Shown: in pieces, positions 52,232-64,000 of the stretch | How positions within the stretch are numbered: the first letter of the stretch is position 1 | How the letters are laid out: each line of letters opens with the position of its first letter | NCBI GenBank assembly: GCA_965153285.1 | Contig: OZ229112.1 | Strand: one strand, 5' to 3' | From: Podarcis tiliguerta | Taxonomy: Eukaryota | DNA: 64,000 nucleotides | Program-made: the position numbers and the translations under genes | Notes under the pieces: generated by a model | What the model was told of the DNA's origin: nothing | Database searches by the model: none | The model's input: only the letters and a program-made list of their open reading frames with translations

Positions 52232-54907
52232 GGTGGCTTAAAGGGAATGCACAAGGCTCTGTGATCTGTTTGGATTCCTGACATTGAAAGTAAATAACAA
52301 ACATGGATAGCAGGCAAGTATATATTTTTTTAAAACACATACACTTCCCCTGTTCTGTTTCCTACTGCAGACTCACCCTCTCCCAAGTCATATGGCCAGA
52401 GTTTTGATCCCCTTGGCCGCAATTCAAATCTTCCCACAGGTGCTACTCTTTGTAAAGACCCAAATGACTCCCTCAAAAAAAGAAAATGGCACTACTTCCC
52501 ATGAAAAAATGAACCTTTTTTTTTGGGGGGGGGGTTAGCTTCCAGGTGAAAAGCTGCAGGTTTCTCAGATACTATAATCTTCCCTTTCAGGTAGTGCCCA
52601 TCTCATTTACACAAGTCCAAAAACACAGACCTGCTGATATGTGGGCATTGTCCTTAAAAAATAGCATTTATAGTCCTGGTTGCATCTTACCTACAATTCT
52701 ATGTTACATCAGAGCTAAATCCCACATTTATTTCACATCTGTCATGAGGCTCTGCTGGGAGGCTTTCACACTAGCAGGGATGAGAATTCACTGCAGGAGC
52801 TAACATGCACTGTAGCAAAGAACAGTGAAACCTTGTGTGATTGTCAGCAGGCCGTCTTTGCCTCATTGAGCTATTATAGCCTTTACTTAACGTGACCAAA
52901 AGTTGAAGGGCTGTTTAACCCACACATGTGCAAGTCCTGGCTCTTTGATTTATTTTTGCAAATCAACGGATCACACTTACAGCTCAACAGTCCCCAAAGT
53001 GGTCTAAAATTACAGGGATGAGGATGTTCTTATTAACAGAGTTTGCCACACGCCTGTTGCTAAAATGTCAAAAGTTAATATCTTCTTAACTAACCTTCGC
53101 CCACATACCGCATAGCAAATGTACTGTAGCACAAATTGTACATACCACTGATCTTTTAATTGTTTCCAGTTGCATCCCCTTAAGTATTGCAAAAACTCAT
53201 TAAATAAATTTCAGGAGGCAATCTTACTGATTAACGACATACCTTTTTCAACTAGAATGCGTTCTCTTCTCTAAATATTAGGGCTAATGTAAGATGGGAG
53301 GTTTTTTTTATTACAAAACTAAAACTAAAAATGAAGCCTAATAACAATTTTGAGGGTTGCAACTGGGGAATAAGGCTTGACTTTTATCTTTCTGGCTGTG
53401 ACCCCACCCCTCTCTGGAAAGTTCTCTAATGATGTAGTTGTTGCATAGGCTGTGTGTGATCTTCCTTGCAGTTGCTGAGTGCAGGTTAACTCTTGCCTCC
53501 CCAGCTGCAGTCTCCAAGAAGATCAACCTGGGGGTGGGGAGCAAACACACAGTTTTCAAGCAGAAGGGGGAAAGTGAGTGTGTGCATGTATGTGTGGTTG
53601 TCATGTGTGCATGCATGCGTGTGTGGTTGCAGTGGGTCTAGGGTTGTGGTGTATGTGTCATGCTGACTACAGTTTCTCATTATTTAGGCAACCAAGCCCA
53701 AATATTTAGTAACTCCTGTCTTACAAAGAACCCGTTTAAGCAAAAATCATATTGAAGTTGGAGTTCAAAGGAAGAAGAAGCTCCAAACAAGTGGTAAGCA
53801 GCAAGTGAAAGATTAAGAGAATTTTCATTAAATTTCACTCTTACATTTTTTTACCAGTGAACATCCTCCTTATGTTCACATGGACGTTGGCTTCTGCTTG
53901 GATACGCAGAATCATGAAACAAACCCAGAAGTGGCTCACTGAGTGAGGTGGAGTCACTCCACTAGCTTCATGGCAGGTGGATCACCATTGTTGATTGAGA
54001 GACACAAGGTAGCAGGGAGGTTAGTCTGGTTCAAATGCATGACAGGTGTGCTGGGTTGGTTCTGCTGGTGCATTTGCACCACACTGACCTCCTTGCTATA
54101 TTGTCCCTCCCTCCTGGTAAGCAACACTGAACCACCTGCTGGGAGCTAGCATAGGGGTTCTGCCCCACCCAGCAAACCACTTCTGTACAGGTGTCCCCAG
54201 TATTTAAACTTGATTTTTAAATCAAGTTTTGGTTAAAGTTCACATCTGCAACTCTGTTTTCTCTAATAATTGGTTATTAGTTCACACATAGGGATAGGCA
54301 TTCAGTTGCTTCCCAATAGTGTTTATGCATAGAAAGGAGAAGCAATGACAGGTCAGCTGTGTGTGTGTGAATCTGATACAACCAGATTTATAGTGTTTTC
54401 AATGAGGAAGTGTATTTCAGGAAAACAGACCTCAACTTTTGTGTGTATGTGTATTATGCTACCAGCCTTGAGTTACCTTTTAGGTTCTGAGTCTGATTTT
54501 TAAAAAAGTCACCTTAGAAAGGAGATAATGAGTCTTTGGGGGATGATGGAGAGAAGGACCCTATCTCTGCCTTAAGAGAATTACCCTAAAGATAGAAATG
54601 CTGCCATGGAAACACTTCGGCCCTTTGAGAACTTTCCTGAAACCTCTGCTCCTTTTGTGGAGAATGCAATGATTAGAAGAGCTGGAAGAAGGCATACTGC
54701 CTAGAGTCAATCCATAGCTCCCCAGCTTTGAGAGAATTCAGATGTTATGGAGATCAAGTAAAATAAAAACCTAACCATGTGTACTCAAATACAAGTCTTC
54801 TTGAATCCAGTGGGGCTTTCTTCCAGATGAGTTGGGGTTAGGATTGCAGCCTGGTCCAGAGGTATCACAAACCATTCAGAGGCAATGAACAATTTCTCAT
54901 TTTCTAA

Positions 54908-54950
54908 TACATACATGCATACATACATACATACATACATGCACACACAC
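54908..54950. repeat. (TACA)n/(CA)n microsatellite
   Basis: Directly visible. Confidence 0.9.
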
Positions 54951-57027
54951 TTTACAAAGAGTTTTAGCTAATCTTAGCTACTTGATGGGGATACTTGTGT
55001 GATATAATATGATGTATGATACTTCTCTTTGCAAAAACATGATTGTTGCCCCATTTGTGGATCATTTATAGGTTTACTGTATACTTGTATACTGGATGCA
55101 CACCTTAAATGTGTGAAAAGTCTCCCAGAAACAGTTCAAGAAGTGCCCTATGGCATCCATTCCCTTAAAACAACTCAGATTATGAACCAGAATCCCCTTC
55201 CCCTTTACAACCTATCTGCTTTTCAAGGCTCATCCTAATTCTGCTGGATTCAACTCCTATCCAGATCCTCTAGAAAACAAACTTTGTGTGTGTACTTTCC
55301 CCCTTTTTGTCTCTGATCTGGGTGAGGCAGGAGAGAAGTGATCAGAGGGGTGCTGGTCGCAGGTACAGCAGTCACTAAAAAAATCCATGTAAGTCCATGG
55401 GCCTAAAAGTATGATGATTTCTGGTATAAACTTTCATGGACTAGAGCCCACTTTGCAATTAACACATTGACCCACTGTGAGTATACATGTTCCCCCCACC
55501 CAATATAGATGGACAGTGTTCAGTATTCAAATGGCAAGGGTTTGATGAGGATGGGCCATTTTCACGAAAACCCTCTTCAGACACTCATTCCACATAATTA
55601 TAGAGTTTTAGACCATATAGTGGGGGGCCTATGTACATTCAAGAGGTTCCTCTTCAGACATCCCCCCTCAAACACATTGGGATGTGACAGTACAGGTGGG
55701 GCCAGTTGTCACAGTTGCTTCCTCTCCATATGATTACAATTGTGTGGAGGGAACACCCAAAGAAAAAAGCAAATGCAATAACTAGAAATTGATACTCTGT
55801 CCCATTTAAATTTCTGCCATATAAACATTACACGATAAACTAATAGAGGATTATGAAAATCTGAAATAATGTTTCTTAAACCATCTAATCTTACAGTGTT
55901 TTGGAAGCTAAAAGTTTTCTTGACTCTAGTCTGAGTATACTTCTGCTGTTCCCAAGGTCATCAAGTGCTGTGATCATACTAAAGCAAAATCAATATTTAT
56001 CAAAATACTGTCTTACTACTTCCCGTGACCCTCTTTATGGAGACAAATTGTTTTCATACACTGAGAACACCGTCGGATTTAGGGAGAGACTCTCTATGAA
56101 AGCACATAATTCTTATATATGCTCTTATTTCCTTTTAATACTCAAACAGTAGATTGATCATCAAAAGGAAGTAACTTTATTAAGCCAGACAGTCAAGCCC
56201 AAAGTATTGGGGCAAGGAAGAAAAGAGAAGCTGCACAGACCACGGAGGTTAGATGAAGGAGGCGAGGAAGAGGAAGCTGTGAAAATGAAGATGAATGACT
56301 TGGAGAATCTGGAAGCAGAAACAGGCTTTTGCTTTCTGTGAAGATGAATAATGTTTATCTCCTTTAATAACCATTCTTTGATTCCACTTCAAGGAAAAAA
56401 GAAGCCCAACCAAAAATAAAACACCAAACTAAAAAGCACCACAAAACTATTCTATGGTTTTGTATTGAACTGTACAGTAAGGCAGGGCATGGTGGTAGTT
56501 TTTCTGTTTCTCATCATCTGCTTGTTAGTCTAGCAAAAGCATAGTGATGCTGCTTCTTTTGAAAACTCACATAATGACATGCTTGGGAAGACATGGAAGA
56601 GCACAACAATCTCTGCAAGCAGTCACCTGAGCACTACTCGTCCATCTTTATAAAATGTGTGGTTTTCAATAATGTTTATACCTTGTCTCAAAGGGCCCAC
56701 AAGTGAGCTTACAACAATGCAAGACACAATAAAACATAAATCAACCCATCCTTAAAACCATTAAATATATAGAATCAAAGAATAGCTCACCTAGTCTAAC
56801 TGCCTGTAGTGCCCAACACTACAACCAGCTCAAACCAATGACCCAGAGATTAAGAGTCCCATGCTCTTATCATCTGAGCTATTCCTCAGGACACTCCCTG
56901 TTCTATGAGAAATCATAATTGAAATAAGTCCTCTGAAAATGTTGGCAGGCAGTTTCCAAATAGTCTCTGAACATTCGTTATTCTGTACCTGTATTTGCAA
57001 CATAATATAGGACTTCCCACGTGTCCA

Positions 57028-57108
57028 CCTGGTTTGCAACTGTGAGAACAGGAAGCTTTACTAGATGGGCCATTGTGGCCTGACCCAGCAGGCCTCTTAT
57101 GTTCTTAT
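57028..57108 (+). mobile_element. CR1 3' end fragment
   Basis: actgtgagaacagga...ctagatgggccattg...ccagcaggcctcttatgttctta. Confidence 0.7.
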
Positions 57109-60100
57109 TCCAACATGTTACAGTATCTAATACACAGCTACTGTTGGTACTCTGACACGGAACAATGAACATTTAACAGTATTGGACACCATCATGAAGC
57201 AGTAGTTTTGACAATATCTGCCAGGTAGCAGTCAGTGCTTGACTGTATTTGACGTGCAGAGTAATTATTTGACAGCTGACATGTAGTATATGACAATACC
57301 TGATAAACGAGTTTCAATAAGATTTAGCAAATTTTAAATCAGCTTCATTCATTCATACATAATTTTTATCAAATAAAAAAAGCAAGCTTTGTCATGTAGG
57401 GGTAAGATCCAATTCTTTACTCAAAAGCAGAGTTTATAATGATGGAAATATGCTGAATTCTGAATTATGCAAAATTTTCATTTTTGGGACTGATGGGTTA
57501 CCATGGAGAAAACATACTATACTGATTTTTTTCAGTACTAGAACAAAAGAGACAAGATATTATTCTATTAATATGAGTAGAATTAGATCAGTGTTAAGGG
57601 GATTTGGAAGTCACAATGCAATAACGATTGTTTTCTATCATTATCCTAGAGCTTCAAACCCACCCTTAGCACATAGATGGGTGAGGGGGATTGCGTCTAG
57701 TGACTCTGTCCCCTGAATGTTAAGTGGAAGTTATGAAATAGAGTAGAGGGTGTGCACAAGGTCAGAGATCCCAAGCATGCATACAACAACATTCTCATAT
57801 TCAGCTGAATGAATGGAGGTCAGGGACAATAGCCCTGCTTCCTCCTCAACATTTTCAATGTGACTTTCAAATGTGAGGACAGAGTTAATGTCACAGATCA
57901 CTGTTAGATGAGGTAATGGTACTCAGTCTTCAGGATGTTAGAGGTATCCTCTGCTGACACTTTTTCATTTATGTTTGTATTTAAAACCTACAGAGGACTC
58001 TGCACTTGCTCTCTTCCCTGAAGTCACTGGCAATACTACAGCTGGCCCTGTTATCCTATTTGGATGTTGCCTCCAGCATCCAAGCTTAGGTCTAAACCAC
58101 AGGTCTTGGTCCTACACCTGATGCTCATGGGTTGATGCAGATATCTGCAAATGGAAAGGCTTTGTGTGTATAGCTGTCTGCATGAATGATTCAATGCAAC
58201 CAGGACCCTGCACAAAAGCAGCAGCTTTGAAGATATCCATATCAACACATGGATATTTGGGGAGTGGCATCAGCTTCAATCTCAGAATAAGCTGATCAGG
58301 TCTGGGGCTGCTGTACTACTGGCTGGGAAATTGGAACAGATTCTGGATACTGTGGAACCTGAGCCAGGGCCCTTGGGGATGCCATGAGACATAAGGAGTC
58401 AAATACCACCCACTCCCTGCCCAACCATGGGAGCAGGTTAGGTGGGAGGTCACAGAATAGAGGAGAAGCACTCATGTTAGGGCCAGAGAGTTGGTCATTT
58501 AATGATCCACACTTATCAGGTGGGACTGTGTGTGGAGCTTGGGAGAGGTAGACTGTGTGAAGGGATTCAAATGGCCTCCATTCACATCCAGGCTTTGCTG
58601 GAGCTTTCCATGGTGCTGAAACCACTGACCTGCCTGGCTTGAGAAGTGTTGCTGTATCCAGGGCAGCTGGAAATGTGTGAAGTCAGGGGTAGAGCCAGAA
58701 GGGCTTACATCCTGCCCCTACATTTGGCCCTACATGTGGACAGCAACATCTTTCCCTCTTATTTTGGCGCCTGTGCTTGAGATGCCGCTTGAGAGGGGAA
58801 GTTGCTGAAACTGCCGCCATTCCTTCTCTTCCTTTCTCATCTGTCCCTTCCTCTCCCTACCCAGCACTGGCTGAGTGTAAGAGCTGTCAGTGCTTAATAC
58901 TGACACATTCCCAGCTTAGCTAAATGGAGCAGGTAGGCGCTGTGTGCCCTTTGGTTCTCCAAACACATTACAGAGAAGTGTGGTGGTTCTCCCCCACCCA
59001 CCCGGCTCCACTTTCTATGTATGGAAGAATATGAAGGCAAGGAGGACATTGCCTGTCTCTGTCCGTTCTTCTCTGGTGGTTTTGGAGAAGTAACCATTCA
59101 CATCTCCCTCCCCCACTCTGGGACTCTGGGAATGTTACAGAATAGTTTAATCATCCGGCTTTGGTATCTGACCGCCTTGGGCAGCTTGAGCTTTTCTTAT
59201 CATTATGTCTCACTGTGTGTCACCTTTTCCAGACAGCTATAGGATTAGGATAAGAAAAATTGGTTCTTTATGCTACTGCAGATCTGACAAAACCACCTAC
59301 TGCTCACAGCCCTCCAAATAAATGCCTAGCGTTAGGAGGAAAAAACACCCAGCAAACACCTGGATTAGATGAAATTGATGATTATAAATGCTAGGTACTT
59401 ATTTGAGGGCCTGTGGATATAGAGGATCTGCATATTCTGAGGACAGTGGTGATTGTTTGCAGAGATGTATTTCTGATGGCAGCAAAAAAAAAAGAACACC
59501 CCAAAGCTTTCTGGTAAACAAAGACAAGCTCTGACAAGCTCCTCTCTGCTGAGTACAAACTCCTTCACTTGCAAGGAAACGCATATGGTGAGAGATTTGC
59601 ATATGAATGATGGGTGCCTAGATTTGAGCATTCTTTCATCTTAAAATCACAACAGCCTAGCATTGTGGCCACAAGAGTAGGGAAAGAAAGAATTGTTTGC
59701 ACATTGTTACCTACAAGCTCTTCTCCTGATTCAAGTTTCAGTGGTATATTTTTTAAAGATGGCTTAAAACCCCCAGAAAAAGCATTACTGAAAACGGCAA
59801 CACCTTAATGGTCTACATTTTTTTAAAAAATCCATTGTACTCTTGTCATTATTTTCATTTTTTTTGGAAATCAACATAAATTGACTTTTGAATCAGTGAA
59901 TTGACATAAGCTGAGATGACTCAGTGGTGTTGTGACTGTGACTTCATGTGTCCTGAAATTGCTTCAGGAAAGTTTTTTGAAGTATGATATGCTAAGCTAT
60001 GATTTTCAGTTATTCAAAAGACCAGTTTAACCCATACCAACCATACATACAAATCCATCCAAAATCATTACATGCCTTTAATATAGTGTCATGTGCATTT

Positions 60101-63100
60101 TAGGCCTGTTATTTTGTAATAAGAATTTTTATGAGAAAGATGTTAATGAGGGAATAATGTTAATTTGGGTTTGATAAATGTGTTAACACGTGGACAGCAG
60201 GGATGGGATGAGCACCAAATATGCAGACATACAGCCCCCTTTGACTTAATTTGCTGCTTTCTCAGAGTAACAAAAAAAGGGGCTATTTTTGAAGCAAGGT
60301 CACTGTGACATACACAGGGCTTCAGTCATTGCCACTGACTGGTGGTGGTTGGGTTGTTCCTCTACCATTTCTAGAGTCTCTATCAATGGTAGGCTGCCCC
60401 ACAGAACGCTCAAAAAGCCCTCTTGGTTATCCACATTGTTGTAGTTGAACTCATGGTCAGCTGAACAAATGTGATCAAATAAGCACTATGAATCCTAACA
60501 TATGAAATGAAATGAAGAAGACTTTTTGGCAATGATTGATTCCTTTGCTGATTCCCTTTTAGTATGATGAAAAGCAGTGCACTTCAAAGTTCTGGTGACA
60601 GTTAATAGTTTTAGAAACCTAGAGCTGCATGACAGGCTTACCATTACACTCCCTCCATGGTGGATGGCTTTAGTCTAAGATCCTGATGTGATTCTAATAA
60701 GAGTACTACTGTGATTGGCTTGTGATGGTGGTATGACAAGGGCAGTGGACACACTGTATATGAAAGGTTCAGGAAGGAGGAGGAAAGAACATAGAACATT
60801 GTAGTCTGAAGCAAAATTAAGTCAGCCACAAGGCAAGGCACACTTAGAGGCTATCCTTCAAGAATTGCCACCAAAACCAGCATGGCATTTCCAGCATTCT
60901 TCTAAACTTGAAGAAAAAATGGGAGACACCAATTCTCAGGTAGGTCTTTAGGTAAGCATATTCCTAAGATATCCTGGGCATTATTCTGAAGAGTGGGCAA
61001 AGAAGGATTAAGCTCCCCTCCCTGTCACTCTCTGTTCGCCAAGTTGCTTTTCATTTAAAAAAACCAATGGGGTCTGTTTTCCATGCAATGTGTAGTTAGC
61101 CCTTTTGAGAAAGAGCTATTTTAGAAATCTACTGCCTCTGACACTTATAAAGATGTAATGGAGAATCACATTGGTACTTACTATACCTGACAAGACAGTA
61201 ATTTGTTTGTCAGGAAGTATAATGTGGAATTGTTCTGTTGGAGGGCATCACCCTCAGAGTCTGGTGTGAGAGGATACTCTATGGGTAAATGGTCAAAAGA
61301 GGCCATAGTCTCCTGAGAAATTAATGTGGCAAAGACTTTTAGCTGAGGAATCCAGCAACACTATATTACTGGCTGTGGAGATGACAAATTATAAAGACAG
61401 ACAATTCTCGGAAAGGCCATGTCCTTAAAATCTGCATCATTCCAGCCAGTTAAGTGGACAAGTTATTTCTGACAGTTTATGAGCCTTGTTAATATAATGT
61501 GATGTCTGGGAAGGTGCCAGCTAGGAGGATCCAGGGAAGTCAAAATTAGACCCCAGCCTGTCAGACATCAGAGACCTATTTAACACCAACTGCTTCAGCT
61601 GAGACAGTCGCTTCTGCTGCTGACTAAATCAGTAATATTCAGCCTGAAACCCTTGGACTTGTAGGCATAATAATTTGTGGGTCTCAGTTTTCTGAAAAAA
61701 GAATAATCCAGGCACATTTAGAGAATCTACTCTTGACTTCCCCTTCTTTTAATTGAAAATATTGGCTTCAAATGATTTTAAATATATTGTTGTGCAAGGT
61801 CAGTGATGAAAAAGCTGGTTTGCAGTGGGCATGGTCACTTTGTATCTTGGGCAGCCTTCCCCAACTTGATGTCCTACAGATGTTCTGGACTGAAACTTCC
61901 TTCAGCAACAGTCAGAATGACCAAGGCCAGGAATGATAGGAGCTGTAGTCCAAAACTTCTGGAGGGCACCACGTTGGAGGAGACACAAAGGGTTGTCTAA
62001 TCCAACCCCCTGCAGTTGATTTTCTCTTGTGAAATTGCAGGTAGATGGGAATTGTTTGTTTACACATTCCTGACCCAGAAATGCAGAAGTAATTAATTAA
62101 ACATAAATACGGATCAAGGAACAGTCTGCAACATAAACATGTATTTGGTATGGGCTTACGTTAAAATTAACATAGGAGGATTTGTTATATTGAAAGGTAT
62201 ACTTTGAATACTGAATATGGGAGTTTTGCAGAATCAGGCTAGCATTTGTGTTCTGAAGTTAAGGTTCTGTAAATCCTATCCTATAGTTGTTACCACTCAT
62301 GCTCTGCTGAGACTTACTCAGCCTTGCTGCTTTTGGCCATTCTTTTGCTTCGTTTTAAAAGGAAATAATTGCACAACACAAAGTTAACATGTGGAGTTTG
62401 TGTTGGTGACTACGTGACCCCCAAATACACTCTTTTCTTGACACAGATGGATACCAACAACAAGAGAAATAAGGTTTGAGTTCTACATGCAGCTCCCTCC
62501 CTGTACACATGTATGGTCCCCCACTTCTCTCACCTCCTTCAAATTCCCCCTTAGCAAACTTTCTTCTATTTTCCCCACAACCCCTTACTTTTCATTTCTA
62601 GTATAAAAATGATATGGGAGGTGGGGTAAAGGAGATATTCCATGGGACTGGTGATAAACATAATCGGATGTCAGCTTGTTGCTCTGTTCCATTGATTGCC
62701 TTGACCCTATGGAATTATTGCTGACTTCTTGAGGCAACTGAGCATGCTCGGTCTCCGTTGAACTTCAACGCCCCTCCCCTTTGAGTTTTTGTTACTCAAG
62801 CATGCTGATACTTCCCCCTTGTTTCATGGGTGTGGTTGTGTGCTATTTTGGTTACAGTCCTGTTAGGCACTCTACCATCTGAGCTTGATATTAGGGAACT
62901 TATGATAAGAGAATATATTAGGAAAGTGGTTGATACTGTTCTCTTATCCTGAACGATCTCAGGAGGGAAGGAACTTGCACTAATGGAACCCACATTAAAG
63001 CAACTCAGAATAACTTCTAACAGCCTCAAATACCTTTACATATTAATTACTCTGCAATTATCTTCTAAATAATTGCTAACAGGCTTGCATGCAAAAAAAA

Positions 63101-63344
63101 AAAAAAAGGCTTAGAATGGCTGACTGCGCTGAGCTATAATGAGATATTATGAGAGCTACAGAATGCACCCCAGAACACAGGATGCTGCCTAACTTCATGC
63201 CAGACCAATGGCTCATGTTGCTCAGGAGTGATTGGCAGTGTCTCTTTCAGAGAGGGGGATTTTAAGCTGAATAATTTTTTTTTGTAATGGGAAAATGTTT
63301 CTTTAAAGGGGTGTGTGTGGGCAACTGCAAGCATTGTTGGCTGG

Positions 63345-63645
63345 TGCTGATTACATAGATCCATTCCAGTCTCAAGGCCTGGTGATGGGACAGAGTTGGC
63401 CTTGGTTGCTCTGTAGAGCAGGACAAGGGGAGTGTGACCTTGCTCCTGCTTCTTGACCTCTTGTTGGTTTTTGATATCACTGACCATGGTATTCTCCAGG
63501 ACCAGCTCCAGGGAATGGGAATTGGGAGCCCTGGGTTACAGTGGTTACAATCTTACGTCTGGGAGTGAGTCTGGAAAGTAGCATTAGGCTTTTTGGCCCT
63601 CTGGTGGTTATATTATGGGGTGTTGCAGAGCACCATCTTATCTCC
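63345..63645 (+). mobile_element. Decayed L2 LINE reverse transcriptase fragment
   Basis: Translates with frameshifts to DYIDPFQS...DKGSVTLLLLLDLLLVFDITDHGILQDQLQGMGIG...LQWLQSY, matching the L2 LLDLSAAFDTIDH motif. Confidence 0.88.
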
Positions 63646-64000
63646 AAAAAGGTAGGTGTCTACAAAAGGGGGAGTAATGTAACACCCTCTCTTCCTTATC
63701 ATTGGATAGCTATTGGATTTAATCCAATTCATTATCTCAATTCTCTTCCTCCAAATTTACTGGCGTCTTCCTCTATTTTAATAAAAAAATTAATCTGCCC
63801 AGACATCCACTTAGGTTTCTATGTCCACTTTGTTCCCTCCCTCCCTTTAATAGAGATGTTCCTGCCCTTATTTATGTTTTAAATGTAGAAAGCCCAGCAA
63901 GGTTAATAATGTTACATACAGCTGAGCCAAAGCCGTTCCATTTGTACTGAGCATTTTTAGCAGTGTTGAAAAAACGCTTCTCCTTCAGTACTCCTTGTGA

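Larger units (their letters stand above)
48445..64000 (-). other. NKAIN2: NKAIN2 upstream intron (partial; the preceding exon lies outside the window)
   Basis: I saw no sequence encoding the expected upstream exon (…HRSWWMENGPGC…) by eye. Confidence 0.8.

Noticed and set aside
60840-61620. Possible ancient L1 ORF2 remnant on the minus strand (KDMAFPRIVCLYNL)
   Set aside because: Similarity is too weak to support by eye; needs a profile search.

Overview
Vertebrate genomic DNA, almost certainly a squamate reptile; the SINE, MITE and LINE repertoire looks lacertid-like. There are no prokaryotic features. The one gene I can identify is the 3' end of NKAIN2 (Na+/K+-ATPase-interacting protein 2) on the minus strand. 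Its last three coding exons (48384-48444, 27929-28010, 24620-24629) splice in phase to [50 protein letters not shown], followed by a 3' UTR probably reaching about 20.9 kb. The ORF track misses these exons. Positions 1 to about 20.9 kb are downstream intergenic sequence and 48445-64000 is intron. The rest is old and young transposon debris (CR1, L2, L1-like, tRNA-derived SINEs, hAT and Tc1/mariner MITEs, two LTR-like insertions), several nested and with readable target-site duplications (TSDs). Best leads, all hypotheses: (1) both non-canonical frames of the NKAIN2 terminal exon stay open for 99 and 122 codons and are reachable by exon skipping; (2) phase-compatible plus-strand exons antisense to NKAIN2 could encode a 55-aa microprotein; (3) an intronic antisense promoter-like module lies next to an LTR-like element. 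I found no clear novel multi-gene system.
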